58,965 bases of DNA from Myxococcota bacterium (GTDB lineage: Bacteria > Myxococcota_A > Bradymonadia > UBA7976 > UBA1532): NCBI GenBank assembly GCA_018813065.1, contig JAHJCH010000354.1:1-58965 (forward strand). The letters are read 5' to 3'. The stretch's first letter is position 1. Each line of letters opens with the position of its first letter. The notes beneath the pieces are model-generated. The model made no database searches and was not told the origin of the DNA. It saw only the letters and a program-made list of their open reading frames with translations. The position numbers were made by a program, and so were the translations under genes. Positions 1-9,844 of this stretch are shown here, in pieces.

Positions 1-242
1 CACCCCCCTGCCCATTGAAGAGGGCATTAAGACTCCCTTTGGCAGCATATGCATATGGGCGCGTTGTCCTCGGTTACACCCCCCTGCCCATTGAAGAGGG
101 CATTAAGACGTTGGCCTTGGCGGCCTCGTGAGCGCAACCACAATGTTACACCCCCCTGCCCATTGAAGAGGGCATTAAGACCATCTCATATATCCCCGCC
201 CAGTGGGCGGTACCCGTGAGTTACACCCCCCTGCCCATTGAA
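1..242. CRISPR. CRISPR array end; 37-bp repeat GTTACACCCCCCTGCCCATTGAAGAGGGCATTAAGAC
   Basis: Repeats at 1-33 (cut by window edge), 73-109, 145-181 and a truncated copy at 220-242. Unique spacers of 39, 35 and 38 bp. Internal palindrome TGCCC...GGGCA. No cas genes in this window. Confidence 0.95.
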
Positions 243-326
243 AAGGCTTATCGGTTGAGTGAACCGATAAAGTTCGAGACCTGCCCTTCCTCAGCCGAAA
301 AGGCGACCCAAGATGCACGTCATGGT
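243..326. repeat. 84-bp direct repeat, copy 1 (probable IS end)
   Basis: AAGGCTTATCGGTTGAGTG...GATGCACGTCATGGT matches 1244-1327 with 3 mismatches. Contains perfect hairpin TTATCGGTT-GAGTG-AACCGATAA. Confidence 0.9.
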
Positions 327-457
327 ATAAAAATGCCGCGACGTGCATTCAAAATGGGCTTTTCATCGAAATGAGAGCAAAGAAATCCCTTTGCTTCATC
401 AAGGAAGCTCAAAAAAACACATCATGCTTTAAGAATTAGATTCTAGCGCAAACGACC

Positions 458-1243
458 TCAACACAAGAGAATGTCGGACAAAGCAAAAGGTGTATTCATC
501 GCAGAGAGATTAAGAAAAGCAGCTCTAAGATGAATCGCAATCGCATTAAACGTCGAGCTAATCTGAAGGAAATGCTTTCTCCGATGTATACGCTCACCGT
601 TATGCGACTTGAGAACCGAAAAGACACGCTCCGTGCATGTACGCTCACTATAAAGCGCTTTAAATTTTTGATGATCACGATCAATTTCAAGATTAAGTCG
701 AGGGTCATCATTGAGAGGAAGATATACAACCGGACCCATTTTTGAGTTTGGATCACACAGCGAATGATTTGGACACTCCTCCGGATAACATCTCATTTTA
801 TGCCTACCATTTTCTCGGCCTGGGCGCTTTACAGGACAGCAATAAACAACCCTCTCTGTCCTGCGATTTGCTCCATGAAAACGCATAGGTATGCCCGCCG
901 GACAAAGTGGACGTCCTTTGTCGTCACGAGGAACACCATTCACATCAATCGGAGTTCGATTGTGTGGGTTTAATGGTATGATTGGATGTGCGCCAATTTT
1001 TCTAATAAAGCGATATATCCCGATTGCATCATATCCAGCATCTGCAATGATCGCATGAATGCGTTTATGCGTATCGCTTGCCTCAATTGTTCGATAGAGT
1101 CTACTGATGAGGTCAGGCATCATCACAGAATCGTGCTGATTTGCAGTACCGGCTGTGATGTAAAGAGGCAAATCAAATTTTTGATCTTTCCCTTGAACAT
1201 AACAAGCCACCGCATTAATTCTATACCCAAATACATATCTATC
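458..1243 (-). pseudogene. 5'-truncated DDE transposase
   Basis: Motifs YVFGYR (in frame upstream of the ORF-track start at 1210), ANQHDS, IIADAGYDA, CPAG and YSERTCTERVFSVLK. The N-terminal part is replaced by the repeat copy at 1244-1327. Confidence 0.8.
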
Positions 1244-1327
1244 AAGGCTTATCGGTTGAGTGAGTCGATAAAGTTCGAGGCCTGCCCTTCCTCAGCCGAA
1301 AAGGCGACCCAAGATGCACGTCATGGT
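1244..1327. repeat. 84-bp direct repeat, copy 2
   Basis: Matches 243-326. Two of the three mismatches disrupt the hairpin arm. Confidence 0.9.
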
Positions 1328-1379
1328 CGCGTTGAACCATAACAGGAAATCCACTGACCTCATACCGTCCAGGCTTCAC

Positions 1380-2396
1380 ATGACAGACATCAATAAACTG
1401 CTGACCGACATTCGAGACTTTCTGCACATCGAAGAGCCCTCCGAGCGGGAGTGCAGCGCCCTCTATAAAAAGCTGGAGCGTAACCTAGAGCACCAGGATA
1501 TCTGGCTCCCCAGGTTCCGAGAGCACGCACGCTGGAGCCAGGAGCCCCTGGTCTGGTCTCATATCGAAGGCATGGGTCCAGGGATGCTCCCTGGGGATGT
1601 GTACGGCCCCTCCAGCGTTAAGATAGAGGAGTATGCGAAGGTTTTTCCCGAAGGTTCAGTCAAGATCCTGCTGCGAGGAGGCAAGGACCCCAGTATCAAC
1701 ACCTGCGCGGCCCCATCCGCGCTGGTCAGACGCTGTGTTCATCTGTGCATCGACCACCCGGAGTGGAGCCACGACGCGGGACAGGATGGGCAGTACTCGG
1801 GCAGCTCCGACATCCTTGAGATCTTCGATGGCGCGCTCAAAGGCCTCAAGGGCCAACTCCAGAGCCTGCACTCCTTCACCTTCAAGGCCGCGCAGTACAG
1901 TTCCCTGTCCTCCACAGACACAGACCCGCCAGCCTACAATGTGCAGACCAGTCTGTGGCCCAATGACTATGGTCGCAAGGGCGGCTTTGACAAGCTCAAG
2001 CGCCTGATCGAGAAGCGGCACTCACTGCGGCGGCTGACGCTGTCCAACAAGAGCCCGCTGTCCGAGGCTCACTACCGCACTGGGCGCATCAGACCCTATT
2101 GCGCCTGGCTCCCGAGGTGCTCCTGGTGGCCACAGCTGGAGGCGCTGGATCTGCACCAAAACCTGCTCAAGGATGGGGATCTGGCGTGGCTGTTTTCAGC
2201 GCCCATGCCCGCGCTGACCACGCTGAGCCTGCGCAAGAACAAGCTCATGGACCAGGCCCTGATGCACCTGACGCGCGAAGGCGCCTTCCCGGCGCTGGAG
2301 TCCCTGGATCTCCGCGAGACCCAGATCACCGCTCAGGCCGCCCAGGCCCTGCGCGAGAGCCCACAGCTACCAAGGCTGACCAGCGTCCTGATCTAG
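1380..2396 (+). CDS. Leucine-rich repeat protein
   Basis: C-terminal LRRs LEALDLHQNLL, LTTLSLRKNKL, LESLDLRETQI. Start chosen at ATG 1380 (ORF track starts at 1314 inside the repeat). Confidence 0.75.
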   Translation: MTDINKLLTDIRDFLHIEEPSERECSALYKKLERNLEHQDIWLPRFREHARWSQEPLVWSHIEGMGPGMLPGDVYGPSSVKIEEYAKVFPEGSVKILLRGGKDPSINTCAAPSALVRRCVHLCIDHPEWSHDAGQDGQYSGSSDILEIFDGALKGLKGQLQSLHSFTFKAAQYSSLSSTDTDPPAYNVQTSLWPNDYGRKGGFDKLKRLIEKRHSLRRLTLSNKSPLSEAHYRTGRIRPYCAWLPRCSWWPQLEALDLHQNLLKDGDLAWLFSAPMPALTTLSLRKNKLMDQALMHLTREGAFPALESLDLRETQITAQAAQALRESPQLPRLTSVLI

Positions 2397-2520
2397 ATGC
2401 TTGTCCGGCCTCCGGGGCGGCTGGATCAGGTGGCACGGCCCCGCAGGTTTTGTTGATAAGCCTTGCCCTCTCCGCGCGATGTCGCAGAATCGCGCGAAAT
2501 CAAAGAAAACACGAGGCATC

Positions 2521-3033
2521 GTGATCCACAACATCTTGACCTGGCCCGATCCTGGGCTGCGACGACACGCCGCGCCCGTCTCCGCCTTCGATGCGCACCT
2601 GCGCGCCCTCGTCGATGATCTCTTTGAGACCATGTACGCCACCCAAGGCATCGGCATCGCCGCCCCGCAGATCGGCGTCTCACTGCGCGTCGTCGTCATC
2701 GATTGCGGGGAGCCCGATGGCCCAATCGCGCTCGTCAACCCCGAGATCGTCGCCGTCAGCGAGGAGATCATCTCCTTCGGCGAAGGCTGCCTCTCCCTCC
2801 CCGATGTCTTCGCTGAGGTGGATCGCTACGCCGCCATCGAGGTGCGCTATCAAGACCTCAACGGCGCACCACAACAACGCGTCGCTGAGGATCTCCTCGC
2901 TGTCTGCGTTCAGCATGAGCTTGATCACCTCAACGGTATGGTGTTCATCGATCGCCTCGGTCGCCTTGAGCGCTTGATGGTGATGTCCAACTATCAGGGC
3001 GATGGAGAGGCGGTCCTCGATGCAGCCACGTGA
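2521..3033 (+). CDS. def: Peptide deformylase
   Basis: GIGIAAPQIG, EGCLS and QHELDHLNG motifs. Probable GTG start. Confidence 0.97.
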   Translation: MIHNILTWPDPGLRRHAAPVSAFDAHLRALVDDLFETMYATQGIGIAAPQIGVSLRVVVIDCGEPDGPIALVNPEIVAVSEEIISFGEGCLSLPDVFAEVDRYAAIEVRYQDLNGAPQQRVAEDLLAVCVQHELDHLNGMVFIDRLGRLERLMVMSNYQGDGEAVLDAAT

Positions 3034-3967
3034 TCTTCGTGTCCTCTTTATGGGCACCCCCGAGTTCGCGCAACCCACCCTGGCGCGCGTCGCGGGCATG
3101 GGCTGTCAGCTCGTCGGCGTCGTCAGTCAGCCCGCGCGCGGACAAGGCCGAGGCCGTAAGGTCGTTCAGACCCCCGTGGGCGCTTGGGCTGAGGCCCACG
3201 GCGCGCCCCTGTTTCAGTGGCCTCGCCTAAATCATGAGAGTTATCAAACCCTTAAGGCCCTGGCGCCGGATCTCTGCGTCGTCGTCGCGTATGGCAAGAT
3301 CCTGCCCCAACGCTATCTTGATCTGCCCCCCCACGGCTGCCTCAACGGTCACGCCAGCGTCCTGCCCGCCCTGCGCGGCGCCGCGCCAATTCAATGGTCG
3401 GTGATTCACGGGCATCGCGAGGCGGGCGTCAGCGTGATGCGCATGGATAAGGGGATGGACACCGGTGATGTCGGCCTGATCTTGCGCACACCCATCGATC
3501 CTGATGAGACCGCCGGCGCGCTGCATGATCGCCTCAAGCACGTCGCCGCTGATGCGATGGAGGCGGCGATCCTGCGCCTCTGTCAAGGGGCGCTTCACTT
3601 TACGCCTCAAGATCATACCCAGGCGACCACGGCGCCTATGCTGCGTAAGGAGGATGGCCGCGTGGATTGGTCCGCAGATGCCCGCGCGGTTCATGATCTC
3701 GTGCGCGGCGTGTCGCCTTGGCCGGGCGCTTGGGTGCCCGAGGGCGACGGGGCTTTGAAGATCCACGCCACGCGGGTCAGTGATGAGGGCGAGGGGCTGC
3801 CCGGCGCGCCCGGAGAGATCATCGGCGTCGAGGCGGACGGCCCCCGCGTGCGCTGCGGTCGCGGCGCGGTGGTCCTGACTCAGCTTCAGCGGCCCGGGCG
3901 TAAGATCACCACCGGCGCAGGCTATCTCTGCGGGCTGCGTGGCTGGGAGGGGGCGCGCTTTGAGTAA
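3020..3967 (+). CDS. fmt: Methionyl-tRNA formyltransferase
   Basis: FMGTPEFA, VVVAYGKILP, HASVLPALRGAAPIQ, MDTGD. Follows def. Confidence 0.97.
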   Translation: MQPRDLRVLFMGTPEFAQPTLARVAGMGCQLVGVVSQPARGQGRGRKVVQTPVGAWAEAHGAPLFQWPRLNHESYQTLKALAPDLCVVVAYGKILPQRYLDLPPHGCLNGHASVLPALRGAAPIQWSVIHGHREAGVSVMRMDKGMDTGDVGLILRTPIDPDETAGALHDRLKHVAADAMEAAILRLCQGALHFTPQDHTQATTAPMLRKEDGRVDWSADARAVHDLVRGVSPWPGAWVPEGDGALKIHATRVSDEGEGLPGAPGEIIGVEADGPRVRCGRGAVVLTQLQRPGRKITTGAGYLCGLRGWEGARFE

Positions 3968-5288
3968 GCCAATCCTGACCGGTCGTGAGGTGGCCCTCAT
4001 CGCCTTGACCCGGCTTGAGGACGGCGGGGCCTTTATCCAACGCGTCATCGACGCCGAGACGGCCAAGGCGGGCTTAGATCCCCGTGAGCGCGGCTTCGTG
4101 CGCGCCTTGGTGATGGGCGTCGCCCGCGCCCGCACCCGCCTGGAGTTTAGCCTGGAGCGCCACCTCAAGAAGGGCCTCAAGAGCACCAATCCAGCCCTGC
4201 GGCGGATCATGCTGATGGCCCTCTATCAGATCCTGTTTATGGATAAGGTGCCCGATCGCGCGGCGGTTCACTCCGCCGTGCAGTTGGCGAAGGCCAAGGC
4301 CGGGGAGGGCGGGGGCCGCTTGGTCAATGGGGTGCTGCGCGGCTTCTTGCGCCAAGGCGAGGCGCTGCCCGAGGGCGACAATGACGCGGCGTGGGCCGTG
4401 CGCTTGAGCCAGCCCGAGTGGCTGGTGACCACGCGGCGGCAGCGGCTGGGGCAGGCAGGCATGGTGGCCCGCGCCGAGGCCGAGAATCAGCCCGCGCCGC
4501 TGACCCTCAGGCCCGATGATCCAGGCCTCAACCGCGAGGCGCTCATGGGCCTCTTGCGCTTGGAGGGCGGCGCGGCGGAGCTGGGCCGCTATAGCCCTCA
4601 CGCGCTGCACCTCACCGAGCACCCCGGCCCCTTCACCGGCACCAGCTTCACGGCGGGGCTGTGGAAGGCTCAGGATGAGGCGGCGCAGCTGGTCGTGCGC
4701 CTGCTCGATCCCCAGCCCGGTGAGGATGTCTGGGATGTCTGCGCCGCCCCTGGAGGTAAGACGCGCTATATCAGCCGGCTGATGGGGGGGCGCGGGCGCC
4801 TTTTGGCCTCCGATAGCCACGCCAAGCGCGTCAGCCGGATGCGGCGCGCCCTGGAGGATCTGCCCGTCGAATCGCGCATCTATGACGCCAAGTCGCCCCT
4901 GGATGAGCGGTTCGATCGTGTCCTCATCGACGCCCCCTGCTCAGGGCTCGGCGTTATCCGACGCCACCCCGAGATCCGCTGGCGTCGCGATCCCTTCGAT
5001 CTGCGCGCCAGCGCCGAGGCTCAGCTTCAGATCCTCTCCGCCGCCTCGGGCAGCGTGAAGGTGGACGGCGTGCTCGTCTACAGCGTGTGTACCGACACGG
5101 AGGAGGAGGGCTGGGGGGTCCTCAAGCGGTTCTTGGCGGCGCGCCCCGAGTTTGTTTTGGATGATCTGCCCACGATCCAGGGCATCGACTGGGCGGGGGT
5201 GTGCGGCCCCGATGGGGTGATGGAGACGAGCCCGGAGCGCCACGGGATGGATGGCTTCTTCGCGGCGCGCTTAAGGAGGTTGGCGTGA
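3960..5288 (+). CDS. rsmB: 16S rRNA m5C967 methyltransferase RsmB/Sun
   Basis: NusB-like N-terminus, [31 protein letters not shown]. Probable TTG start overlapping fmt. Confidence 0.95.
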   Translation: MSKPILTGREVALIALTRLEDGGAFIQRVIDAETAKAGLDPRERGFVRALVMGVARARTRLEFSLERHLKKGLKSTNPALRRIMLMALYQILFMDKVPDRAAVHSAVQLAKAKAGEGGGRLVNGVLRGFLRQGEALPEGDNDAAWAVRLSQPEWLVTTRRQRLGQAGMVARAEAENQPAPLTLRPDDPGLNREALMGLLRLEGGAAELGRYSPHALHLTEHPGPFTGTSFTAGLWKAQDEAAQLVVRLLDPQPGEDVWDVCAAPGGKTRYISRLMGGRGRLLASDSHAKRVSRMRRALEDLPVESRIYDAKSPLDERFDRVLIDAPCSGLGVIRRHPEIRWRRDPFDLRASAEAQLQILSAASGSVKVDGVLVYSVCTDTEEEGWGVLKRFLAARPEFVLDDLPTIQGIDWAGVCGPDGVMETSPERHGMDGFFAARLRRLA

Positions 5289-5959
5289 ACACATCCCCAA
5301 TCAAGATCGCGCCCTCGATCCTCTCGGCGGACTTTGGTCGGCTGGCGGAGGAGGTGGCCGCCGTCACGGCGGCGGGGGCGGACTGGATTCACCTTGATGT
5401 GATGGACGGTCACTTCGTGCCCAACCTCACCTTCGGGCCAGCGATCGTCAAGGCCATCCGAGGGGCCAGCGCCCTGCCCTTCGACGCGCACCTGATGATC
5501 GCGCGGCCTGATGACTTTATCGACGCGTTCCGCGCGGCGGGCGCCGACAGCATCACGGTCCACGCGGAGTCCACGCCGCACCTCCATCGCAGCCTGAGCC
5601 GGGTGCGCGCCTCAGGGGCGCGGGTGGGCGTCTCGCTCAACCCACATACGCCGCTGAGCGCCTTGGAGTATGTGCTCGATGAGGTCGATCTGGTGCTCTT
5701 GATGACGGTCAACCCCGGCTTCGGGGGGCAGTCGTTTATCCAGGCCGTGCGCCCCAAGATCCGCGCGCTGCGTGAGATGATCTCGCGGCGTCATTTGAGC
5801 GTTGACATCCAGGTAGACGGTGGAGTAAAACCCGCCAACGTTGATCAGGTCATCGGCGATGGCGCCAATGTCTTGGTCGCGGGCTCGGCGGTCTTCGGTC
5901 AACCTGATTATCAGGTGGCCATCCAAACCCTCCGAGGTTCAACACCTGTCGGGGTGTAG
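5285..5959 (+). CDS. rpe: Ribulose-phosphate 3-epimerase
   Basis: [43 protein letters not shown] start after AAGGAGG. Confidence 0.97.
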   Translation: MNTSPIKIAPSILSADFGRLAEEVAAVTAAGADWIHLDVMDGHFVPNLTFGPAIVKAIRGASALPFDAHLMIARPDDFIDAFRAAGADSITVHAESTPHLHRSLSRVRASGARVGVSLNPHTPLSALEYVLDEVDLVLLMTVNPGFGGQSFIQAVRPKIRALREMISRRHLSVDIQVDGGVKPANVDQVIGDGANVLVAGSAVFGQPDYQVAIQTLRGSTPVGV

Positions 5960-6026
5960 CGCAGTCTGGTAGCGCACTTGCTTCGGGAGCAAGGGGTCGG
6001 AGGTTCAAATCCTCTCACCCCGACCA
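5950..6026 (+). tRNA. tRNA-Pro (anticodon CGG)
   Basis: CGGGGTG/CACCCCG acceptor stem with encoded CCA, D-arm, anticodon arm CTTGC-TTCGGGA-GCAAG, GTTCAAATC T-loop. 77 nt. Confidence 0.97.
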
Positions 6027-6059
6027 AGCCAGGATCGATAAGATCCTGGCTTTTTTTTT
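6027..6059 (+). terminator. Intrinsic terminator after tRNA-Pro
   Basis: AGCCAGGATC/GATCCTGGCT stem followed by a T-run. Confidence 0.9.
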
Positions 6060-6138
6060 GATCTGTCTTCAAGACACCCCATCCCTGGCCCTTTACGGTT
6101 GATCTCTCCCCCATGATCGGCTAAACCGCTGCGTCCAC

Positions 6139-6191
6139 GTCCGCTGAACGACGGCTTGGCGGACCACTGTGAAGGAGTTTTATTATGCCGT
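6139..6191 (+). promoter_or_regulatory. Putative rpsO leader (hairpin/pseudoknot over the start codon)
   Basis: Stem GTCCGCTGA(6139-6147)/TTGGCGGAC(6156-6164). Loop ACGGC is complementary to GCCGT at 6187-6191. Confidence 0.5.
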
Positions 6192-6454
6192 TCGATGCTG
6201 ACATCAAGGCCGAGATCGTCGCCCAGTATAAGCGTGGTGAGAATGACACGGGCTCACCCGAGGTGCAGGTCGCGCTGTTATCGCACCGCATCCGCTACCT
6301 CACCACGCACCTTCAAGCGCACAAGCATGACTTCGCCACGCGCCGTGGCCTCAAGAAGCTCATTGGTCAGCGTCAGCGCCTCCTGCGCTACCTCAAAGAC
6401 AATGACTTCAACCGTTACCGCGATCTGATCCAATCATTAGGGCTGCGTCGGTAA
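6185..6454 (+). CDS. rpsO: 30S ribosomal protein S15
   Basis: [12 protein letters not shown]...HKHD...RRGL...[10 protein letters not shown]...LGLRR, 89 aa, AAGGAG RBS. Confidence 0.99.
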   Translation: MPFDADIKAEIVAQYKRGENDTGSPEVQVALLSHRIRYLTTHLQAHKHDFATRRGLKKLIGQRQRLLRYLKDNDFNRYRDLIQSLGLRR

Positions 6455-6466
6455 TTCATTCGCTGT

Positions 6467-6495
6467 GAGGCGCCCTCGGGCGCCTCTTTTTTTTT
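6467..6495 (+). terminator. Intrinsic terminator after rpsO
   Basis: GAGGCGCC/GGCGCCTC stem followed by 9 T. Confidence 0.9.
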
Positions 6496-6521
6496 CTGCT
6501 TCACTGAATCCCACGCATGAC

Positions 6522-6590
6522 GGCCTCAGTGTCTGACCCGCGCGCCTCGGCCCACCCTGGATCGGGGCGCGCGGGTGAGGGACGGAGGCC
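6522..6590 (+). promoter_or_regulatory. Long imperfect stem-loop in the pnp leader (possible RNase III site)
   Basis: ACCCGCGCGCC/GGCGCGCGGGT core, extended by GGCCTC/GAGGCC. Confidence 0.45.
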
Positions 6591-6646
6591 ACGGCGGTTC
6601 AGCGGAGCCCAAGGGCCACCCACCCTGGCCCCATCGTAAGGGCTTT

Positions 6647-8767
6647 ATGTTTAATCAAAGCTTCACCTCCCCCCTGACCGTTCAAGCCCCCTTCGGCCAC
6701 AGCCCCATCAGCCTGGAGACGGGGAAGATGGCCCGCCAAGCGGGCGGCGCCGTCGTCGTCCGTCAAGGCGAGACGGTCGTCCTCGTGACCGTCACCGGCA
6801 GCCACACCGCCCGCCCCGGCGTCGATTTCCTGCCCTTGACCTGCGACTACATCGAGAAGAAGTACGCGGCGGGCAAGATCCCCGGCGGCTACTTCAAGCG
6901 CGAGAGCCGCCCCGACACCTGGGAGATCCTCAAGGCCCGCCTCATCGACCGCCCCATGCGCCCCCTCTTCCCCAAGGGCTGGCGCAAAGAGGTCCAGATC
7001 ATCGCCACCGTGCTCTCTTATGATCACGTCCATGATCCAGGCGTCTGCGCCATGGTCGGCGCCTCGGCGGCGACGGGCATCAGCGACATCCCCTTCGATG
7101 GCCCCATGGCGGGCTGCTGCGTGGCCCTCATCGACGGCGAGTTTAAGATCAACCCCCCGCTGGCGACCTTGTCCGAGGCCAAGCTGCATCTGATCGTGGC
7201 CGCCACCGAGGACGCCGTGACCATGGTCGAGGGCGAGGGCAAGGAGGCCAGCGAGGAGGAGATGATCGAGGCGATCATCGCCGCGCATGAGGCCATGAAG
7301 CCCATCATCGCCCTTCAGCGCCAGATGATCGCTTCGGTGGGCAAGGCCAAGCAGCTCGTCGAGGCCGAGGAGATCGACGTGGCGCTGTTTGAGCGCGTGC
7401 TCGATCTCTCCATCGACGGCCTCGCCGGCGCGCTGACCATCCCTGGCAAGCATGAGCGCCACGACGCCATCTCTGAGGCCAAGCGCGCCACGGTGGACGC
7501 CCTCCTCGCCGCTGATCCTGCGTTGGAGCAGCGGATCCCTGAGATCAAGGGCTACTTCTACAAGATCGAGCGCGAGATCGTGCGCTCGCTGATCGTCGAG
7601 GATGGCCTGCGCCTGGACGGGCGCGGCCTCACCGATGTCCGCCCCATCGCCTGCGACGTGGGCGTGTTGCCACGCACGCACGGCTCAGCGCTGTTTACGC
7701 GTGGCGAGACGCAGGCCTTGGCGACGGTGACCCTGGGTGGCCGTCGGGAGGAGATGCGCATCGACAACCTCGATGGCGACACCTTCCAGCCGTTCATGCT
7801 CCACTACAACTTCCCCCCCTTCTGTACGGGCGAGGCCAAGTTCCTGCGTGGCACCAGCCGCCGCGAGATCGGCCATGGCACGCTGGCTCAGCGCGGTGTC
7901 GCCTCCCTGCTGCCTGCCCACGATGACTTCGCCTACACCATCCGCATCGTCAGCGAGGTCTTGGAGTCCAACGGCTCCTCCTCCATGGCCACCGTCTGCG
8001 CCAGCTCCATGGCCCTGATGAGCGCCGGCGTGCCCATCAAGAAGGACGTGGCGGGCATCGCCATGGGCCTCATCCAAGAGGACGACAAGATCGCCGTCCT
8101 CTCCGACATCCTCGGCGATGAGGATCACCTCGGCGACATGGACTTCAAGGTCGTCGGCACCGAGGACGGCATCAACGCGTTGCAGATGGACATCAAGGTC
8201 AAGGGCCTCAGCCGGGCGATCTTGCGCAAGGCGCTGTCCCAGGCCAAGGCGGGCCGCCTGCACATCCTCGGCGAGATGCGCAAGGCCATCACCCAGCCTG
8301 CGGATGATCTGTCCCGCTACGCCCCGCGCGCGCTGGTCACCTACGTCAAGCCCGATCGCATCCGTGACATCATTGGCCCTGGCGGCAAGACGATCCGTGG
8401 CATCTCTGAGCAGACGGGCTGCTCCATTGACGTCGATGACACCGGCAAGGTGACCATCTTCAGCCCTGACATGGAGGCGGCCAAGCAAGCCGAGAAGCTG
8501 ATCCACAACCTCACAGAGGAGGCCGAGGTCGGCAAGATCTACATGGGCACAGTCCAGAAGATCATGGACTTCGGCGCCTTCGTCGAGATCCTCCCTGGCA
8601 CCGACGGGCTCGTACACATCTCTGAGCTGGCCGAGGGCCGGGTCGCGCGCGTCGAGGACGTGCTTGAGGAGGGCCAGGAGATCGCCGTCAAGTGCATCGG
8701 CGTCGATCGCAACGGCAAGATCCGCCTCTCGCGCCGCGAGGCGATCAGCGAAGGCTTCAAGCTCTAA
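6647..8767 (+). CDS. pnp: Polyribonucleotide nucleotidyltransferase (PNPase)
   Basis: [56 protein letters not shown] and S1 domains. Confidence 0.99.
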   Translation: MFNQSFTSPLTVQAPFGHSPISLETGKMARQAGGAVVVRQGETVVLVTVTGSHTARPGVDFLPLTCDYIEKKYAAGKIPGGYFKRESRPDTWEILKARLIDRPMRPLFPKGWRKEVQIIATVLSYDHVHDPGVCAMVGASAATGISDIPFDGPMAGCCVALIDGEFKINPPLATLSEAKLHLIVAATEDAVTMVEGEGKEASEEEMIEAIIAAHEAMKPIIALQRQMIASVGKAKQLVEAEEIDVALFERVLDLSIDGLAGALTIPGKHERHDAISEAKRATVDALLAADPALEQRIPEIKGYFYKIEREIVRSLIVEDGLRLDGRGLTDVRPIACDVGVLPRTHGSALFTRGETQALATVTLGGRREEMRIDNLDGDTFQPFMLHYNFPPFCTGEAKFLRGTSRREIGHGTLAQRGVASLLPAHDDFAYTIRIVSEVLESNGSSSMATVCASSMALMSAGVPIKKDVAGIAMGLIQEDDKIAVLSDILGDEDHLGDMDFKVVGTEDGINALQMDIKVKGLSRAILRKALSQAKAGRLHILGEMRKAITQPADDLSRYAPRALVTYVKPDRIRDIIGPGGKTIRGISEQTGCSIDVDDTGKVTIFSPDMEAAKQAEKLIHNLTEEAEVGKIYMGTVQKIMDFGAFVEILPGTDGLVHISELAEGRVARVEDVLEEGQEIAVKCIGVDRNGKIRLSRREAISEGFKL

Positions 8768-8769
8768 AC

Positions 8770-9213
8770 ATGCGCATCCGCCGCTACCCCTCTGCGGAGG
8801 CGCCCTCGCCGCTGCCGCGCCCGCGCTACATGACCGCGGGCGCGGCGGGCTTGGACATGGCTGCTGCGGTGCGTGTGCCTTTGGAGATCCCGCCAGGGGG
8901 GCGAGCCAGCGTGCCCTTGGGCTTCTCTGTGGAGATCCCCGCCGGGCATGAAGGGCAGCTGCGTGCGCGTTCGGGCCGCGCGCTGCGCGAGGGGCTGACG
9001 ACCCTCAACGGCGTGGGCACCATCGATCCTGACTATCGAGGGGAGCTGCATGTCCTGCTCATCAACTTGGGGGACGCGCCGGTGACCATCGAGCGTGGTG
9101 AGCGCGTGGCCCAGCTGGTCATCAGCCCCATCACCCGCCTCAAGATCGAGGAGGTCTTGGGCCTCAGCGAGACGCCGCGCGGCGATGGCGGCCTGGGTCA
9201 CACAGGCGATTAG
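8770..9213 (+). CDS. dut: dUTP diphosphatase
   Basis: AAGLD, RSG, GTIDPDYRGE, ERVAQLV, RGDGGLGHTG. Confidence 0.96.
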   Translation: MRIRRYPSAEAPSPLPRPRYMTAGAAGLDMAAAVRVPLEIPPGGRASVPLGFSVEIPAGHEGQLRARSGRALREGLTTLNGVGTIDPDYRGELHVLLINLGDAPVTIERGERVAQLVISPITRLKIEEVLGLSETPRGDGGLGHTGD

Positions 9214-9698
9214 ATCACATACGTCGTCACCTTGACCAAGAGCCCGATCTCTGGCCAGAGATGCGCGTCGCCCTCTGAGTAAAACACGTTGATCCGGGTA
9301 TAAGGCTCGACGTACAGCGAGCGAAAAGGACCGGAGAAGGCATTATCACCGAAGGGAAAGCCCGCGAAGATATGCCCGACTGGCCCTGACTTCTCCCCGT
9401 TGAAGAGATAACCCGCCCCGCCGCCCATATTAAACATCATCCAGAAGGTAAACTCAGCCTGCGCGCCCCAATAAGACTCATCATCTACGCTGATCTGCTT
9501 GAGGTTGAGGGAGCTGGTGAAGAGATCATGACTATGAGAGATATCGAGGTTCCAAGAAGAGGCATGCGCTTGTGCATAGATATAGGCGAAGCTCGGCCCA
9601 ACCCCAATGTCATGATCTGGCAGCTTAATCTGCCAGCCTCCAGAGGCCAGCGCGAGGCTTGGCAGCAGCGTCATCAACAGGCTTGGCATCAAGCTCAT
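9210..9698 (-). CDS. Hypothetical secreted/outer-membrane beta-strand-rich protein
   Basis: Signal-peptide-like N-terminus (MSLMPSLLMTLLPSLALA) and aromatic amphipathic strands. Start uncertain. Confidence 0.6.
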   Translation of the reverse strand: MSLMPSLLMTLLPSLALASGGWQIKLPDHDIGVGPSFAYIYAQAHASSWNLDISHSHDLFTSSLNLKQISVDDESYWGAQAEFTFWMMFNMGGGAGYLFNGEKSGPVGHIFAGFPFGDNAFSGPFRSLYVEPYTRINVFYSEGDAHLWPEIGLLVKVTTYVI

Positions 9699-9844
9699 CC
9701 TCTGCGCCGATGGTGGCGCGTATCCGCGAGAGCGTAGCACGCATTGGTTTGGGCGAACCGACAAGGTTCGTCCGAACGGGGTGCGCAGCAACTGTAGTTT
9801 TGATACAAACCCGATCTTTTGGATTTTAGCCGCCGGAGAGATCC

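Larger units (their letters stand above)
243..1327 (-). mobile_element. Truncated insertion sequence remnant (DDE, IS4/IS5/IS1182-like)
   Basis: AT-rich relative to the host, holds a transposase fragment, bounded by the 84-bp repeats, and abuts a broken CRISPR repeat. Confidence 0.75.

Noticed and set aside
34-219. Self-targeting by the three spacers within this window
   Set aside because: No match noticed by eye. This was not exhaustive and needs an alignment to exclude.
5950-6026. tRNA-Pro as an island integration site
   Set aside because: It is followed by a terminator and rpsO. No integrase or duplicated 3' end was noticed.
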